In this document: in pieces, positions 25,117 through 25,137 of the stretch
Layout: every line of letters begins with the position of its first letter
How positions within the stretch are numbered: the first letter of the stretch is position 1
DNA from: Acidobacteriota bacterium
GTDB lineage: Bacteria; Acidobacteriota; CAIWXX01
Direction: 5' to 3'
Assembly (NCBI GenBank): GCA_040755995.1
Contig: JBFMAF010000046.1
Coordinates: forward strand, 1 to 25,137
Length of the DNA: 25,137 nt
Notes under the pieces: generated by a model
Told to the model about the DNA's origin: nothing
The model's database searches: none
Seen by the model: the letters and a program-made list of their open reading frames with translations, nothing else
Position numbers and translations under genes: made by a program

Positions 25117-25137
25117 TGCGAGCATAGGAAGGGTCGC

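Noticed and set aside
24225..25127. 300-aa alternative plus-frame ORF
   Set aside because: Off-frame shadow of the DUF4412-like gene, which has the SD and signal peptide.
1..25137. CRISPR array, tRNA/rRNA, transposase or integrase
   Set aside because: None seen by eye: no regularly spaced repeats and no recognisable RNA gene or recombinase motifs.

Overview
GC-rich (roughly 60-68% by eye) bacterial DNA from a diderm, probably anaerobic or facultative organism; the lineage cannot be assigned from sequence alone. The window has two halves. (1) 1-11.5 kb is a sigma-54 regulon. A GAF-AAA+-HTH enhancer-binding protein sits between oppositely oriented -24/-12 promoters. Leftward lie a large Tyr/Gly-repeat secreted protein, a DUF481-like beta-barrel (with its own sigma-54 promoter) and an MltF-like lipoprotein cut by the window edge. 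Rightward lie an ABM-fold protein, a Cys-type arylsulfatase, two putative outer-membrane barrels and a periplasmic tandem-repeat protein. (2) 11.6-23.5 kb is a dense respiratory island with two different Rieske/cytochrome b systems. System A is cytochrome b (APWY in place of PEWY), Rieske, and an 8-heme HEAT/TPR protein. System B is Rieske, a cytochrome b6/subunit IV/9-heme fusion, a tetraheme cytochrome, NrfC-like 4Fe-4S and NrfD-like proteins, i.e. a hybrid of a bc-type and an NrfCD-type quinone module. Between them lie a 5'-truncated 6-heme cytochrome remnant and a Phd/PIN toxin-antitoxin pair. The window ends with a hairpin-rich intergenic region containing a candidate small ORF and a CRP/Rex-like palindrome, then a DUF4412-like secreted protein and a GTAG-type REP. 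All family calls come from motif recognition, not database searches.
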